Positions 19,379 through 30,425 of a DNA stretch of 64,000 nucleotides are shown here, in pieces. Both the position numbers and the translations under genes were made by a program. The DNA lies in contig JBKBLD010000013.1 of the NCBI GenBank assembly GCA_046296675.1, positions 1,316 through 65,315 on the forward strand, in the 5' to 3' direction. Source of the stretch: Hyphomonas sp. Its GTDB lineage: Bacteria; Pseudomonadota; Alphaproteobacteria; Caulobacterales; Hyphomonadaceae. Position 1 is the first letter of the stretch, and every line of letters starts with the position of its first letter. Under the pieces are notes generated by a model, which made no database searches, had not been told where the DNA came from, and was given only the letters and a program-made list of their open reading frames with translations.

Positions 19379-21022
19379 TTACCGCCTCCAGGTCATGAAG
19401 GCCAGTAGGGCGAACAGGCAGAGGGTCAGCCAGAAGAGTGCCGCACCGATACGCCCCTGATACAGGGTCATCTCCGCCGGGACCGGGAGACGGGCCCGGC
19501 CATAAGAGGTCGACCATCCCTCGCGCGCCGTTTCAGCCGGAACGGTGCGCATGACCTCACGCCCGTAACCATCGATGATGCCCGATGTGCCGCGATTGGC
19601 TGCGCGCACCAGCGGCAGGCCTGTCTCGATCGCCCGGTAGCGGTTCTGGGCATAGTGCTGGGCCGGGCCCATGCCGGCGCCGAACCAGGCATCGTTTGAA
19701 ATCAGCACCATCCACTGCGCCCGGTCGGTCAGATTGACGCCGCGCGTGATCTCCGGGAACAGGCCCTCATAACAGATCAGGGCCACGAAGGGCGGCAGCC
19801 CCCCGGCATCAATGGCGGTCGCGCCGGCGCCCGGCCGGAAGCCATCGGCCGCCAGGCGCTGAATGGGATCAGGCAGAAGCCGGCTCAGTTGCGGACCGTA
19901 AGGGATGAAGTTGACAGCGGCGAGTTCCCCGAACGGCACCAGGCGGTGTTTGTCGTAAAGCGCCAGCGGCCCGGTCTGGTTGACGGTCTCATCGACGACC
20001 GAGAGGCTGTTATAATAGGCGCGCAGGTCATTCGTGGTCAGTTCATAGCGAGCGGTGCCGATGATCAGTTTGCGCTGTCCGATATAGGCGGCGATGATGT
20101 CCAGTGCGTTGGCGTCCTGCAGGAGATAAGCTGGTACCGCGCTCTCGGGCCAGACCACGACATCGCCGGGCCGGCTGTCAGGATAACTCAGCATACGAAT
20201 ATATTCGTAGAGCACCGGGTCGGGTCCGATCGTGTCCCACTGGTCCTGAGGCACGCCGGCATCCATCACGACGATGGCTTGATCGGTCAGCGGAGACGGG
20301 GCTGCCGTGCGCTCGGCGCCCCAGGCCCAGCCAAGGGCGAGTGCCACGACCGATGCCAGCGCCGGCATGACGCGCAGCGGAATGCCGCGGGCTTCGCGCG
20401 TGTCCACCAGCGCTGCCGGCGAGGCCATGATGAATACGGTGACCAGTGTCAGCCAGTACACACCCCCCAGTGAGGCCAGCTGCGAGAGCGCCGCGCCGGG
20501 CAGCCAGGTCGTGCCGGGCAGGTTCCAGGGGAAACCGCCGAAGAGGGTCCCGCGCGTGAATTCGGCCAGCGCGAAGAAGAGGGAGAAGATGAAGATGCGC
20601 GAAGGCGAGGCCGACCAGAATGCGCCTGCCATCAGGGTAAAGGCGCCCCAGATGACAGCCATGCCTGCGGGCAGCAGCACAATCGGCATCCAGATAAACC
20701 AGATGGTGCGCGCCGGATCGACAAGGAATGGCATCGCCGTCCAGTGCAGGCTGACAAGGAAGAAACCTACGCCGAACGCCCAGCCGCGCAGGAACACCGC
20801 CCTGCCCCATTTCGATTGCGCGCGTGCGCCATCAATCATCCAGACGATGCCGGTGAAGGAAATCGCCAGCACAGCGGAAAAATGAAATGGCGCAAACGCG
20901 ACAGCCGAGAGCGCGCCGAAAGCAAACGCGGCCAGCAGGGCCGGCCAGCCGGCAAGGCGGGCCACCGTCTCGTGCAGAGGTCCAAGCGCAGTGAACCCGT
21001 GGCTGCGCACCTGACTTGTCAT
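19379..21022 (-). CDS. lnt: Apolipoprotein N-acyltransferase
   Basis: GGFPW, VVWPESA, YDKHRLVPFGE, LICYE, SNDAWFG. Confidence 0.96.
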   Translation of the reverse strand: MTSQVRSHGFTALGPLHETVARLAGWPALLAAFAFGALSAVAFAPFHFSAVLAISFTGIVWMIDGARAQSKWGRAVFLRGWAFGVGFFLVSLHWTAMPFLVDPARTIWFIWMPIVLLPAGMAVIWGAFTLMAGAFWSASPSRIFIFSLFFALAEFTRGTLFGGFPWNLPGTTWLPGAALSQLASLGGVYWLTLVTVFIMASPAALVDTREARGIPLRVMPALASVVALALGWAWGAERTAAPSPLTDQAIVVMDAGVPQDQWDTIGPDPVLYEYIRMLSYPDSRPGDVVVWPESAVPAYLLQDANALDIIAAYIGQRKLIIGTARYELTTNDLRAYYNSLSVVDETVNQTGPLALYDKHRLVPFGELAAVNFIPYGPQLSRLLPDPIQRLAADGFRPGAGATAIDAGGLPPFVALICYEGLFPEITRGVNLTDRAQWMVLISNDAWFGAGMGPAQHYAQNRYRAIETGLPLVRAANRGTSGIIDGYGREVMRTVPAETAREGWSTSYGRARLPVPAEMTLYQGRIGAALFWLTLCLFALLAFMTWRR

Positions 21023-21028
21023 CGCAAT

Positions 21029-21889
21029 CTACTCCTCGGCGGCCGCTGGCGGCTGGGGTTCCGGCAAACGCAAGCGCAGGCGCCGCACCCGGCGGGAATC
21101 GGCGTCGACGATCTCGATCTCTGCGCCATTCGGATGACGCAATACTTCACCGCGCACCGGCACCTTCCCGGAAAGCGCGAAGGCGACGCCGCCAAGCGTG
21201 TCGATATCCGCGTCCAGATCATCAAGGCTGAGGTCAACGCCGGTTTCCTCCAGGAAATCATCAATCTCTGTGCGGGCATCCGCCTCCCAGACACGGGGGC
21301 TGCGCCGGACAAACATGGCTTCCTCATCGTCGTGTTCGTCTTCAATGTCACCGACAATGACTTCGACCAGATCTTCGAGCGTGACGAGGCCATCGGTGCC
21401 GCCATACTCGTCGACGACCAACGCCAGATGAATGCGCGTTGCCTGCATCTTCACCAGAAGGTCAGTGAGTTTCATCGAGGGCGGGACGTACAGGACTTCA
21501 CGGCGCAGGCGCTCGAGTGGGCGCCGGGCCTGCGGCTCGTCCTTCGCCAGTTCGGAGACGAGATCCTTGATGTGGACGAAGCCGATCGGATCATCAAGCG
21601 TCTCGCGGAAAACCGGAAGGCGCGAATGCGTCACCTCGGCAAAATACTTCAGCAGGTCCTGCAGCCCGGTTCCGGCCTCCACCGCCATGATTTCGGCGCG
21701 CGGCACCATCACATCATCGACCCGGAGCTGTTCGAATTCGGCGATCCGGAGACGCATCACCTGCGGCGCATCGGTCGGGGCCGCCTCATTGCCAGTGGCC
21801 GTCACGGGCTCAGCTGTCTTCTTGCGGAAGCCGAAGAAGTTTCGCAATCGGCCGGCTGGCGCGGCGTCGGTGGGATCTGAATCACTCAT
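21029..21889 (-). CDS. corC: CBS/CorC_HlyC domain Mg/Co efflux-associated protein
   Basis: VDDVMVPRA, HSRLPV, VVDEYGGTDGLVTLEDLVEVIVGDIEDEHD. Confidence 0.9.
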   Translation of the reverse strand: MSDSDPTDAAPAGRLRNFFGFRKKTAEPVTATGNEAAPTDAPQVMRLRIAEFEQLRVDDVMVPRAEIMAVEAGTGLQDLLKYFAEVTHSRLPVFRETLDDPIGFVHIKDLVSELAKDEPQARRPLERLRREVLYVPPSMKLTDLLVKMQATRIHLALVVDEYGGTDGLVTLEDLVEVIVGDIEDEHDDEEAMFVRRSPRVWEADARTEIDDFLEETGVDLSLDDLDADIDTLGGVAFALSGKVPVRGEVLRHPNGAEIEIVDADSRRVRRLRLRLPEPQPPAAAEE

Positions 21890-21897
21890 CTTCCGGG

Positions 21898-22350
21898 TCA
21901 GTCAATCTGATATGGATTAGCTATGCCAAGAGAGGCAAGCGCCTTTATTTCCAGCGCTTCCATCTCTGCTGCGTCTTCTTCCGTCTCATGATCGAAACCA
22001 AGCAGGTGCAGGTATCCATGGATCAGGAGGTGCACAAGATGGTCTGCGAGCGATTTGCCCTGCTGATCGGCATCCCTGAGCGAAACCCCGTGCGCCACCG
22101 CGATATCGCCGAGGAAGGGCCGGTCCATCGGCAGGGATGGAAAAGAGAGGACGTCAGTCGGCTTGTCCTTGCCGCGAAAGTCCCTGTTCAGCGCCTGCAG
22201 CGCCGCGTCATCCGACATGAGGACAGCCAGATTGCCGTCGGCCTGCGGCGCGATCATCGCGGCGGCATCAAAGGCTTTGCGGCAGAGTAGCTCAAGATCC
22301 CCGAGCGTGGCCCAACTGTCATCCTCGACGAGAAGGTCGAAACTTATCAT
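21898..22350 (-). CDS. ybeY: rRNA maturation endoribonuclease YbeY
   Basis: [18 protein letters not shown] and [16 protein letters not shown]. Confidence 0.97.
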   Translation of the reverse strand: MISFDLLVEDDSWATLGDLELLCRKAFDAAAMIAPQADGNLAVLMSDDAALQALNRDFRGKDKPTDVLSFPSLPMDRPFLGDIAVAHGVSLRDADQQGKSLADHLVHLLIHGYLHLLGFDHETEEDAAEMEALEIKALASLGIANPYQID

Positions 22351-22360
22351 GGCAGGGGTC

Positions 22361-23347
22361 TCAGCCCTCCCCGGACGCGGCGTAGGCATCGATGATACGG
22401 CTGACGAGACCGTGACGTACCACATCCGCAGCTGTCAGGCGCTGGACGCTGATACCTTCCACATCCCTCAGGATGCGAAGCGCCTGTTTGAGACCGGATT
22501 CCTGGTTTGCCGGCAGGTCCACCTGGTCGGGATCACCGGTCACGACCATACGGCTGTCCCGGCCAAGGCGGGTCAGCACCATCTTCATCTGGGCGGCGGT
22601 CGTGTTCTGGGCCTCATCGACGATCACAAAGGCATTCTTGAGCGTACGCCCGCGCATGAAGGCGATCGGGGCGACCTCAATCTCGCCGCGCGCCATGCGC
22701 CGCTCCATCTGTTCCTGGCCCATCAGTTCCCGCAGGCTGTCCCAGATGGGCAGCATGTAGGGATCGACCTTTTCCTCCAGCGTGCCGGGAAGGAAGCCGA
22801 GCTTTTCCCCCGCCTCAACCGCCGGGCGGGTGACGATCAGCCTCTGCCGGACGCCGGCATTGAGCTCGGCAACACCGGTCGCGACCGCCAGATAGGTCTT
22901 TCCGGTACCCGCAGGCCCGACGCCGAAGACCAGCGCATTTGCGGGGTTCGCCAACAGGCTCAGATACTGTGCCTGTCCGCGCGTCATCGCGGTGACGGCC
23001 TTCTTGAGGCCGCGCAGTCCGGTAAAGGTCTGCGATGGCGACTGAGCCGCCTGCAAGGCGCCGTCGAGCTCCATCTCGCTAGGTTCGGAGCCTGAACGCA
23101 GACGGCGCTCGAACTCGGCCAGCGCCGCTTCGGCAAGCGACACACCCTCTTCCGTGCCGGCGAGCAGGATGCCGCCGCCCTGGCTTTCGGCGCTGAGGCC
23201 GTAAGCCTTGAGCCGGGTCTCGAGCAGGGTCAGGTGGCGGTGATGCGGTCCGCAGAGATCGCGCAACCGCTCGGCTTCGCGCACCTCATAGAGGCGGCTC
23301 GCGGCTTTTCCTTCGGGCTCTGGTGACGACCGGCGCTTGCTGGTCAC
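22361..23347 (-). CDS. PhoH-like ATPase (YbeZ)
   Basis: [39 protein letters not shown]. Confidence 0.95.
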   Translation of the reverse strand: MTSKRRSSPEPEGKAASRLYEVREAERLRDLCGPHHRHLTLLETRLKAYGLSAESQGGGILLAGTEEGVSLAEAALAEFERRLRSGSEPSEMELDGALQAAQSPSQTFTGLRGLKKAVTAMTRGQAQYLSLLANPANALVFGVGPAGTGKTYLAVATGVAELNAGVRQRLIVTRPAVEAGEKLGFLPGTLEEKVDPYMLPIWDSLRELMGQEQMERRMARGEIEVAPIAFMRGRTLKNAFVIVDEAQNTTAAQMKMVLTRLGRDSRMVVTGDPDQVDLPANQESGLKQALRILRDVEGISVQRLTAADVVRHGLVSRIIDAYAASGEG

Positions 23348-24720
23348 GAGACAGCCTCGCGCACGCGCGCAAGTTCCCCGGTCAGCGAATTGAGGCTCGC
23401 CCCGACGATCTGAACATCGACGATCTGGCCATTGAACCGCTCGGACCCGTCAAAATGCACCGCCTGCAGATAGGGCGAGCGGCCATGCATCTGGCCGGCA
23501 TTGCGGCCCTTGCCTGTCACGAGCACCGGGAGGGTCTTGCCGATCTGAGCCGCATTGAACGCGGTCTGCTGTTCCCGAAGAAGGCCCTGAAGGGCCTGAA
23601 GGCGCTCATCCTTGACCGATTCCGGCAGATGGCCATGCATCTCGGCAGCCGGGGTGCCCGGGCGGGAGGAATATTTGAAGGAATAGGCGATGGCATAGCC
23701 GATATCGCGGACCAGCTGCATCGTCGCTTCGAAGTCGGCATCCGACTCGCCGGGGAAGCCGACGATGAAGTCCGAGGCGACGGCGATATCCGGCCGGGCC
23801 TGGCGCACGCGGGCGATGATGTCGCGGTACTCTTCGGCGGTGTGGCCGCGGTTCATGGCTTTCAGGATACGGTCTGAGCCCGACTGGACCGGCAGGTGCA
23901 GGAAGGGCATCAGGGCCGGCGTGTCGCCATGGGCCGCGATCAGGTCGTCGTCCATGTCGCGCGGATGGCTGGTCGTGTAGCGGATACGCTCGATACCGCC
24001 AACACGGGACAAATGGCGGCAAAGCTGGCCAAGCGTCCAGTCGTCTCCGCCTTCGAGCGCCGGGGCGGGCCCGTGGAAGGCGTTCACATTCTGGCCGAGC
24101 AGGGTGATCTCGCGTACCCCCTGCGAGGCGAGACTGCGGGTTTCGGCGACAATATCATCGACGCGGCGCGAAATTTCGGCGCCGCGCGTATAGGGCACGA
24201 CGCAGAAGGTGCAGAACTTGTCACAGCCTTCCTGCACCGAGACAAAGGCGGCCGGGCCGTCCGCCTCGCGGGTCTTCGGCAGGGCATCGAACTTCTCGAC
24301 CGTGTCGAACTCTGTCTCCAGCCGGTCACCGATGGCGCGGCTCGCCCGGGCGATCATCTCGGGCAGCTTGTGATAGGCCTGCGGGCCCAGCACGAGGTCA
24401 ACGGCAGGCTGGCGCCGGATCAGTTCTTCGCCTTCCGCCTGCGCGACACATCCGGCGACGGCGATCGTCATCCGCCCGCCGGACGCCTGCTTCATCAGTT
24501 TCAGCTGGCCAAGCTCAGAATAGACCTTCTCGGTCGCCTTTTCCCTTATATGACAAGTGTTCACCACCACGAGATCCGCGGATTCGGGACTTTCCACCGG
24601 CCGGTAGCCAAGCGGGCGCAGCACATCGCGGATGCGCTCGGAATCATAGACATTCATCTGGCAGCCATAGGTCCTGATAAACAGGCCCTTCAGCGCCTTC
24701 TCGTCGGGGGCGGTCGTCAT
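23344..24720 (-). CDS. miaB: tRNA-i6A37 methylthiotransferase
   Basis: [11 protein letters not shown], radical-SAM CDKFCTFC, C-terminal TRAM domain. Confidence 0.98.
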   Translation of the reverse strand: MTTAPDEKALKGLFIRTYGCQMNVYDSERIRDVLRPLGYRPVESPESADLVVVNTCHIREKATEKVYSELGQLKLMKQASGGRMTIAVAGCVAQAEGEELIRRQPAVDLVLGPQAYHKLPEMIARASRAIGDRLETEFDTVEKFDALPKTREADGPAAFVSVQEGCDKFCTFCVVPYTRGAEISRRVDDIVAETRSLASQGVREITLLGQNVNAFHGPAPALEGGDDWTLGQLCRHLSRVGGIERIRYTTSHPRDMDDDLIAAHGDTPALMPFLHLPVQSGSDRILKAMNRGHTAEEYRDIIARVRQARPDIAVASDFIVGFPGESDADFEATMQLVRDIGYAIAYSFKYSSRPGTPAAEMHGHLPESVKDERLQALQGLLREQQTAFNAAQIGKTLPVLVTGKGRNAGQMHGRSPYLQAVHFDGSERFNGQIVDVQIVGASLNSLTGELARVREAVS

Positions 24721-24868
24721 CGGGCGGCTTATGCCTCAAAAGCGGGCAAGCTGAAAGAACCTTCCTCCACCGGCGGGCCCATACCGCAATCTTGGGCTTC
24801 ACAGGCAGGAGAAGCGGGCTAGTGTTCCGCGAAATCGACACTTTCGGCGCCGGGGAGGCCCTCACAAT

Positions 24869-26389
24869 ATGGTAGCCAACGTTTACGAGCCCTTTGCTGC
24901 GGCTGTTGAGAATGTCAGCAACTTCATCTGGGGCGGCACATGGGAAGGAAACCAGATTCTTCCCTTCGGCCCGATTGCCGTCATTCTTCTCGGGACCGGC
25001 CTGTTCTTCATGATCCGCCTCGGCGGACGCCCGCTACGCCGCTTCGTGCCGGCGATTGTCGAGGTCTGGAAAGGCCGCAAGGGCAATGGCGACCCGGCCG
25101 CGATCACGCCCTTCCAGGCCCTTTCAACGGCACTTTCGGGACAAGTGGGGACAGGTAATATCGTCGGGGTGGCCACCGCGCTGACGCTTGGGGGGCCTGG
25201 TGCGATTTTCTGGATGTGGGTAACGGCCATCTTCGGTATGGCGCTCGCCTTTGCCGAAAGCTCGCTGGCCATCAAATACCGCGAAATCGACGAGAATGGC
25301 CGGATCAATGGCGGCCCGATGTATTACATCAAGAAGGGGCTCGGAAAGAACTGGACCTGGCTGGCAGCGATCTTCTGCGTCGGCACGATCTTCTCCGCGA
25401 CCGCCACCGGCGGCATGATCCAGGCCAATTCGATGACGGCGAACATCCAGTCCGTTGCTGAGGCTGGCGGTGTCGGCATCCCGATCTGGCTGCTCGGCGC
25501 AATCCTTGCTGGCCTCGTCTTCGCCGTCATCATCGGCGGCATCAAGTCGATCGGCCGAGTGGCGGGAAGCCTCGTGCCGACCATGGCCGCGCTCTACATC
25601 GTCGGCTGCATCATCATCCTGCTTCTGAACCTGCAATACATTCCGGGCGCCTTCGGGATGATTTTCTCCTCAGCCTTCGGCTTCAATCAGGCGGCCGGCG
25701 GTCTGGCGGGTTATGCGGTGCTCTCTGCCATCCGGTTTGGTGTGGCGCGCGGCCTGTTCTCGAACGAGGCGGGCCAGGGTTCGGCGCCGATTGCACACGC
25801 CGCCTCGCAGATGAAGAACCCGGCCAAGCAGGGCGAGATTGCCATGATCGGCGTGTTCATCGACACGATGGTTCTCTGCACCATGACGGCGCTCGTCATC
25901 CTGACGGCGGAAGGCAGCTGGGCAACCGCCGCGCAATTCAAGGAATGGGCGGGCGAGACTACGACCCATCTCTGGATGGCCGAGGGGGTCAACCCCGCCA
26001 CACTCACCAACCGCGCCTTCACCGATGCCGTTCCCGGACCGGTCGGGGGATGGATGGTGACCCTGTGCCTTGCGCTGTTCGCCTTCACGACAATCATCGG
26101 CTGGTCATACTATGCCGAACAGGCCACCACCTTCCTCGTCGGCGAATGGGCGACGAAACCCTTCCGCTATGTCTGGGTGCTCATCATCTTCGTCGGAAGC
26201 CTGCAGGAGGTCGACTTCATCTGGCGCTTCGGCGATATCGCCAACGCCTCGATGGCCTTCCCGAACCTGATTGCCATCATCCTCCTCTCCGGGGTGGTCT
26301 ATGCCATCCACAGGTCGAACGGCGATCCGGACACAGCGGATGGTGACAGCATCATGGAGGACCTGCGCGAGACAAAGCCCGCCGAATAG
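24869..26389 (+). CDS. Alanine/glycine:cation symporter (AGCS family)
   Basis: GQVGTGNI, GGPGAIFWMW, GGPMYYI, RGLFSNEAGQGSAPIAHA. Confidence 0.93.
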   Translation: MVANVYEPFAAAVENVSNFIWGGTWEGNQILPFGPIAVILLGTGLFFMIRLGGRPLRRFVPAIVEVWKGRKGNGDPAAITPFQALSTALSGQVGTGNIVGVATALTLGGPGAIFWMWVTAIFGMALAFAESSLAIKYREIDENGRINGGPMYYIKKGLGKNWTWLAAIFCVGTIFSATATGGMIQANSMTANIQSVAEAGGVGIPIWLLGAILAGLVFAVIIGGIKSIGRVAGSLVPTMAALYIVGCIIILLLNLQYIPGAFGMIFSSAFGFNQAAGGLAGYAVLSAIRFGVARGLFSNEAGQGSAPIAHAASQMKNPAKQGEIAMIGVFIDTMVLCTMTALVILTAEGSWATAAQFKEWAGETTTHLWMAEGVNPATLTNRAFTDAVPGPVGGWMVTLCLALFAFTTIIGWSYYAEQATTFLVGEWATKPFRYVWVLIIFVGSLQEVDFIWRFGDIANASMAFPNLIAIILLSGVVYAIHRSNGDPDTADGDSIMEDLRETKPAE

Positions 26390-26410
26390 GCGGGCCCCGT
26401 CCCCGCCGGA

Positions 26411-27418
26411 TCAGATCGTCAGGACGATCTTGCCGAAATGCTTCTGGCTGGCCTGATGGGCAAAGGCAGCGGCGATCTGGTCCAGCGGGAAGCGGCTGTC
26501 GATGACCGGTCGGAGGCCGGGGGACGCCTCGAGCGCGTCGATCATGTCTTCCTGATGGCGGCGTGAGCCGACCGTGATGCCTGACAGGGTGATGTTACGG
26601 GAGAAGAGCGCCGCCGTCGGCACTTCTCCGGAGATACCCGTCAGTACACCGATCAGGGAAATATGCCCACCCGGCCGGCAGGCGTTGATCGACTGCGCCA
26701 TCGTGCCGGGTCCGCCGATCTCGACCACCTCATCCACGCCGCGCCCACCGGTCAGCTCAAATGCCTTTTTGCCCCATTCCGGGGTTTCCTTGTAGTTGAT
26801 GACGTGATCTGCGCCGAGCGCCTTGAGCTTTTCCAGCTTCGCATCGGATGAGGAGGTCGCGATCACACGGGCGCCCGCCATCCTGGCGAACTGCAGCGCG
26901 AAGATAGACACCCCGCCGGTGCCCTGCACCAGCACCCAGTCGCCCGGCTTGGTCTTCGTCTCGACAAACATGCCGCGCCAGGCCGTCAGCGCCGCGCAAG
27001 GCAGCGTCGCGGCTTCCTCGAAACTCCAGCCTGCGGGCATGCGGGTGAACGCGGTTTCCGGACCGGCATAAAGCTCACAGCCAAAGCCGTCGGCGCCGTC
27101 ACCCGGTACGCTCTGAAAGCCGGCGGCTTCGATCTGGCCCGACTGCCAGTTCGGGAAGAAAAGCGAGATGACCTTGTCGCCGACCTTCCATTTCGTCACG
27201 CCGTCACCAACCGCAACAACCTCCCCTGCGCCATCCGACATCGGGATACGCCCGTCCGGCGTCGGGATGCCGCCAAGGACAACGACGAAGTCGTGATAAT
27301 TGAGCGAGCTTGCCCGCACGCGCACGAGCACCTCGCCCGCCTTCGGCTTCGGATCGTCGCGGGTTTCGATGACGAGCTTGTCCAGCCCGCCCGGCTTTTT
27401 CACAGCTGCAGTTTTCAT
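26411..27418 (-). CDS. MDR-family NAD(P)-dependent alcohol dehydrogenase-like protein
   Basis: SSLNYHD, SDGAGEV, EAATLPCAALTAW, QGTGGVS, HFGKIV. Confidence 0.9.
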   Translation of the reverse strand: MKTAAVKKPGGLDKLVIETRDDPKPKAGEVLVRVRASSLNYHDFVVVLGGIPTPDGRIPMSDGAGEVVAVGDGVTKWKVGDKVISLFFPNWQSGQIEAAGFQSVPGDGADGFGCELYAGPETAFTRMPAGWSFEEAATLPCAALTAWRGMFVETKTKPGDWVLVQGTGGVSIFALQFARMAGARVIATSSSDAKLEKLKALGADHVINYKETPEWGKKAFELTGGRGVDEVVEIGGPGTMAQSINACRPGGHISLIGVLTGISGEVPTAALFSRNITLSGITVGSRRHQEDMIDALEASPGLRPVIDSRFPLDQIAAAFAHQASQKHFGKIVLTI

Positions 27419-27472
27419 GGTCTCTGATCCTCCCAATCTGGCAGGACGGGACCTATGGCGACCTTGGGGAAG

Positions 27473-28933
27473 TCAAGAGGCCGGGGCGAGCCTCGCCTCG
27501 CGTAAAGCCTTGCGGCGGACCTTGCCGGCATCATCGCGCACCGCCTCGGCGACATATTCGAAGCTTTTCGGGATCTTGTAGCGCACGAGGCGGTCTGAGA
27601 GATGCGCCGCCATTTCGGCATCACTCACCGGCCCGTCCGGCCGGTCGATGATCGCATGCAGGCGCGCACCCATGTCTTCGTCTGGCAGGCCGATGACGGC
27701 GGAGGAGCGAACGCCCGGATAGGCATCGATCGCGGCCTCGACCTCGGCAGGATAGATATTCGCGCCGCCAACGATGACCATGTCGGAGAGCCGGTCGGTC
27801 AGGTAGAGATAACCGTCCGCATCCATCCAACCCATGTCGCCGAGACTCTCCCAGCCGCCCTCGATCGCTTTCGCCTCGGCGCCGATATAGCGATAGGTGC
27901 TGCCCTGCCCCGTATGGGGACGCATAAAGACTTCGCCAACCTCGCCTGGCGGCAGGGTCTGGCCGTCCTCGCCGACGATCTTCATCTCGCAGGTCTCGAT
28001 CGGGCGGCCGACCGAGCCGCGATGGACAAGCCATTCCGCGCCCTGAATGGTTGTGGTGCCCTGCCCCTCGGTACCACCATAGAGTTCCCAGATAACCTCC
28101 GCGCCGAGCCAGTCGATGAAGCATTCCTTCAGCCAGGCCGGGCATGGCGCGGCGAGGTGCCAGAGCGCGCGCAGGCTGGAGAGATCATACCGGCCGCGCA
28201 CCTCTTCCGGCAGCGCCCAGATCCGCCGCATCATCGTTGGCACGGTGTAGACCACATCGACCTTATGCGCCTCGATCAGGCGGAGCGTCTCCTCGGCATC
28301 GAAACGTGTTGTCACGACCACGGGGCAGCCGCGGAACAGCGCCTGCATCGCCCACAGGAAGGGGCCGTTGTGATAGAGCGGGCCGGGGATCAGCATGCAG
28401 CCTTCCCGCGCAATCTCGAACATCGGGACATCGGGATCGACGGCGGCGGGCAATTTCGACACGATCAGTTTCGGACGCCCGGTCGAGCCGCCGGAAGTCA
28501 TTGCCTTGAAGCTCTCTGCCGTCATTTCCGGCAGCGCCGTATCGGGTTGCGCTGCATCGGGAGTGAACCCTTCCGGAATGCACGCAGCGGCCGAATAGGC
28601 GCCTCCAGGCACGCCGACGACCAGGCTGGGTGCGGCGATTTCCACGATCTGGTCGCGTTCCGTCTGAGGCAAGCGCGCTGATACCGGCTGGGGTGTCGCA
28701 CCCGCCTTCCAGGTCGCGAAACAGGCCTCGAAGAACTCGATCCCGTTGGGCAATGCAATCGTGACAAAGTCGTTCGGCTTTACACCGAGCGCCCGATAGG
28801 CACGGGCGAGCCGGTTGGTCCGCTGCTCGAATTCGGCCCAGCTGACTTCCTGTCCTTCATGGCTGAGCGCTATCCGGTCCGGCTGAACCCCGGCCCAGTG
28901 TGCGATGATCCGCGATAGTGAGATGAGCGCCAT
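27473..28933 (-). CDS. Acyl-CoA synthetase (AMP-binding, BaiB-like)
   Basis: TSGGSTGRPK, YGGTE, GDMGWMD, GKVRR. Confidence 0.88.
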   Translation of the reverse strand: MALISLSRIIAHWAGVQPDRIALSHEGQEVSWAEFEQRTNRLARAYRALGVKPNDFVTIALPNGIEFFEACFATWKAGATPQPVSARLPQTERDQIVEIAAPSLVVGVPGGAYSAAACIPEGFTPDAAQPDTALPEMTAESFKAMTSGGSTGRPKLIVSKLPAAVDPDVPMFEIAREGCMLIPGPLYHNGPFLWAMQALFRGCPVVVTTRFDAEETLRLIEAHKVDVVYTVPTMMRRIWALPEEVRGRYDLSSLRALWHLAAPCPAWLKECFIDWLGAEVIWELYGGTEGQGTTTIQGAEWLVHRGSVGRPIETCEMKIVGEDGQTLPPGEVGEVFMRPHTGQGSTYRYIGAEAKAIEGGWESLGDMGWMDADGYLYLTDRLSDMVIVGGANIYPAEVEAAIDAYPGVRSSAVIGLPDEDMGARLHAIIDRPDGPVSDAEMAAHLSDRLVRYKIPKSFEYVAEAVRDDAGKVRRKALREARLAPAS

Positions 28934-28970
28934 GACCGCCTGATCCTCCCGGTGATTTTCTGCCAGAGTG

Positions 28971-29924
28971 CTAGATGCCGGCGCGTTTGAGAAGACGCTG
29001 GAAACCGTCCCAGAATTCGGCGCGCCGGTCGTCGGTTTCCATCAGGATCTCGTGCATCGCACCTTCGACGGTGATGTGTTCGCAATCCTTCAGCCGTTTG
29101 GCGATAGCGCCATGAGAGGCGTTCTCCACCAGCTTTTCTTCCCCCGCCGAAGCGACGAAGACGGGGATCGTCACCCTGGCAAGCGCTTTTGGCCGGGTAA
29201 ATGTGGTCAGGATATCGAGGGACGCGCCCAGCCAGCCCCAGGTGACGGGTCCAAGCTCGAGATCCGGTTGGGCATCGGTCAGCGCGCGCTGGATTTCCCA
29301 GCGGCGCTTGTCATGGGTGACGATGTTCGTCTCGAACCGTTCCGGCGGGCCGGGCTGTACGGCATAGTCTCCGGACCGGCCGGTCGCGCGCATCGCCCAG
29401 ACGAGATAGCGCATGCCGAGGAAGGGAGATTTGATGCCCCACATCGGCGCGCAGAAGGCCGCAGCATCGACCTTCACAAGATCCTGCGCGATGGCGGCGA
29501 GCGCGATCGCGCCGCCCATGGAATGGGCAAGCGATACATGCGGACGCGGCAGCCGGTCTTCGAGCGCAGCAAGGCCCTTTGCGAGCGCCGTCATGAAGGT
29601 CTCGAACCGGTCGATGTGTCCCTTCTTGCTGTCCGGCAACAGCCGGTCGGAAAGACCCTGCCCCGGCCAGTCGAGAATGAGGATGGCGAAGCCCATCTGC
29701 TGGAGTTCGCGCCCGACCTCAAAATATTTCTCGATGAATTCGGTACGCCCCGGGCAGACAATCACGGTCCCGCGAGGGTTCGCTGCCGACAGCGCCGGCG
29801 CAATACAGCCGCGCAGCCGGCGGCCTTCCGAGCCGTCAAACCAGATGATTTCGGCCCCCTTGGGCGGCGGATTGCCGGGTACTTCAACGAACCGGTCGGG
29901 ACGGTCTGTTTCAGATCGGATCAT
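28971..29924 (-). CDS. Lysophospholipase L2-like alpha/beta hydrolase
   Basis: PGRTEFIEKY, DWPGQGLS, AHSMGG, HEILMETD. Confidence 0.88.
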   Translation of the reverse strand: MIRSETDRPDRFVEVPGNPPPKGAEIIWFDGSEGRRLRGCIAPALSAANPRGTVIVCPGRTEFIEKYFEVGRELQQMGFAILILDWPGQGLSDRLLPDSKKGHIDRFETFMTALAKGLAALEDRLPRPHVSLAHSMGGAIALAAIAQDLVKVDAAAFCAPMWGIKSPFLGMRYLVWAMRATGRSGDYAVQPGPPERFETNIVTHDKRRWEIQRALTDAQPDLELGPVTWGWLGASLDILTTFTRPKALARVTIPVFVASAGEEKLVENASHGAIAKRLKDCEHITVEGAMHEILMETDDRRAEFWDGFQRLLKRAGI

Positions 29925-30011
29925 TCGCGCACTCCCGGGCCAGAAGAATTGAGCCGCCCGCAGGTCTCCCCGGGGCGGCCCATAGCGTCAAGCAGTCGAA
30001 ATCCGGGCCGA

Positions 30012-30317
30012 TCAGCCGGCCAGCTTTTTCATCAGCGACTGCAGCTGCATGGCGACGGACATGTCACCGGCAACCTTCAGCTTGCCCTGCATGAATGCCA
30101 TCGTCGGATCGAGCGCGCCGGCGGCGAGTTTCTCGAAGTCTTCCCAATTGATGGAAATGGTGGCGTCAGCCGCACCGTCAGAATTGTCGGCGACGCCTGC
30201 GGCGCCGTCGATGAACAGCTTGCCGACGCTGCCGAAGTCGAACTTCACTTTCTTTTTGAAATCACTGCCTCCAGCGACAGCCGCCGCTGCGCGCTGGGTG
30301 AGTTGGGCGAGATCCAT
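30012..30317 (-). CDS. SCP2 sterol/lipid-binding domain protein
   Basis: KVKFDF...ADATI...LDPTMAFMQGKLKVAGDM; GGAGG SD upstream of ATG 30317. Confidence 0.9.
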   Translation of the reverse strand: MDLAQLTQRAAAAVAGGSDFKKKVKFDFGSVGKLFIDGAAGVADNSDGAADATISINWEDFEKLAAGALDPTMAFMQGKLKVAGDMSVAMQLQSLMKKLAG

Positions 30318-30425
30318 AAGGCTTCCTCCTTGGATTGAGACCTGCTGGGGATAAAGCAAACCGGAAGGGACGCGGCAAGAAGAATCCCTTGACGCGCCTT
30401 GCGGCACATCGATCAGGTGAATCTC

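Noticed and set aside
24721-24868. Glycine riboswitch upstream of the AGCS symporter
   Set aside because: Only a GGAGA fragment is present; the CCGAAG and CTCTCAGG cores are absent and the leader is short.
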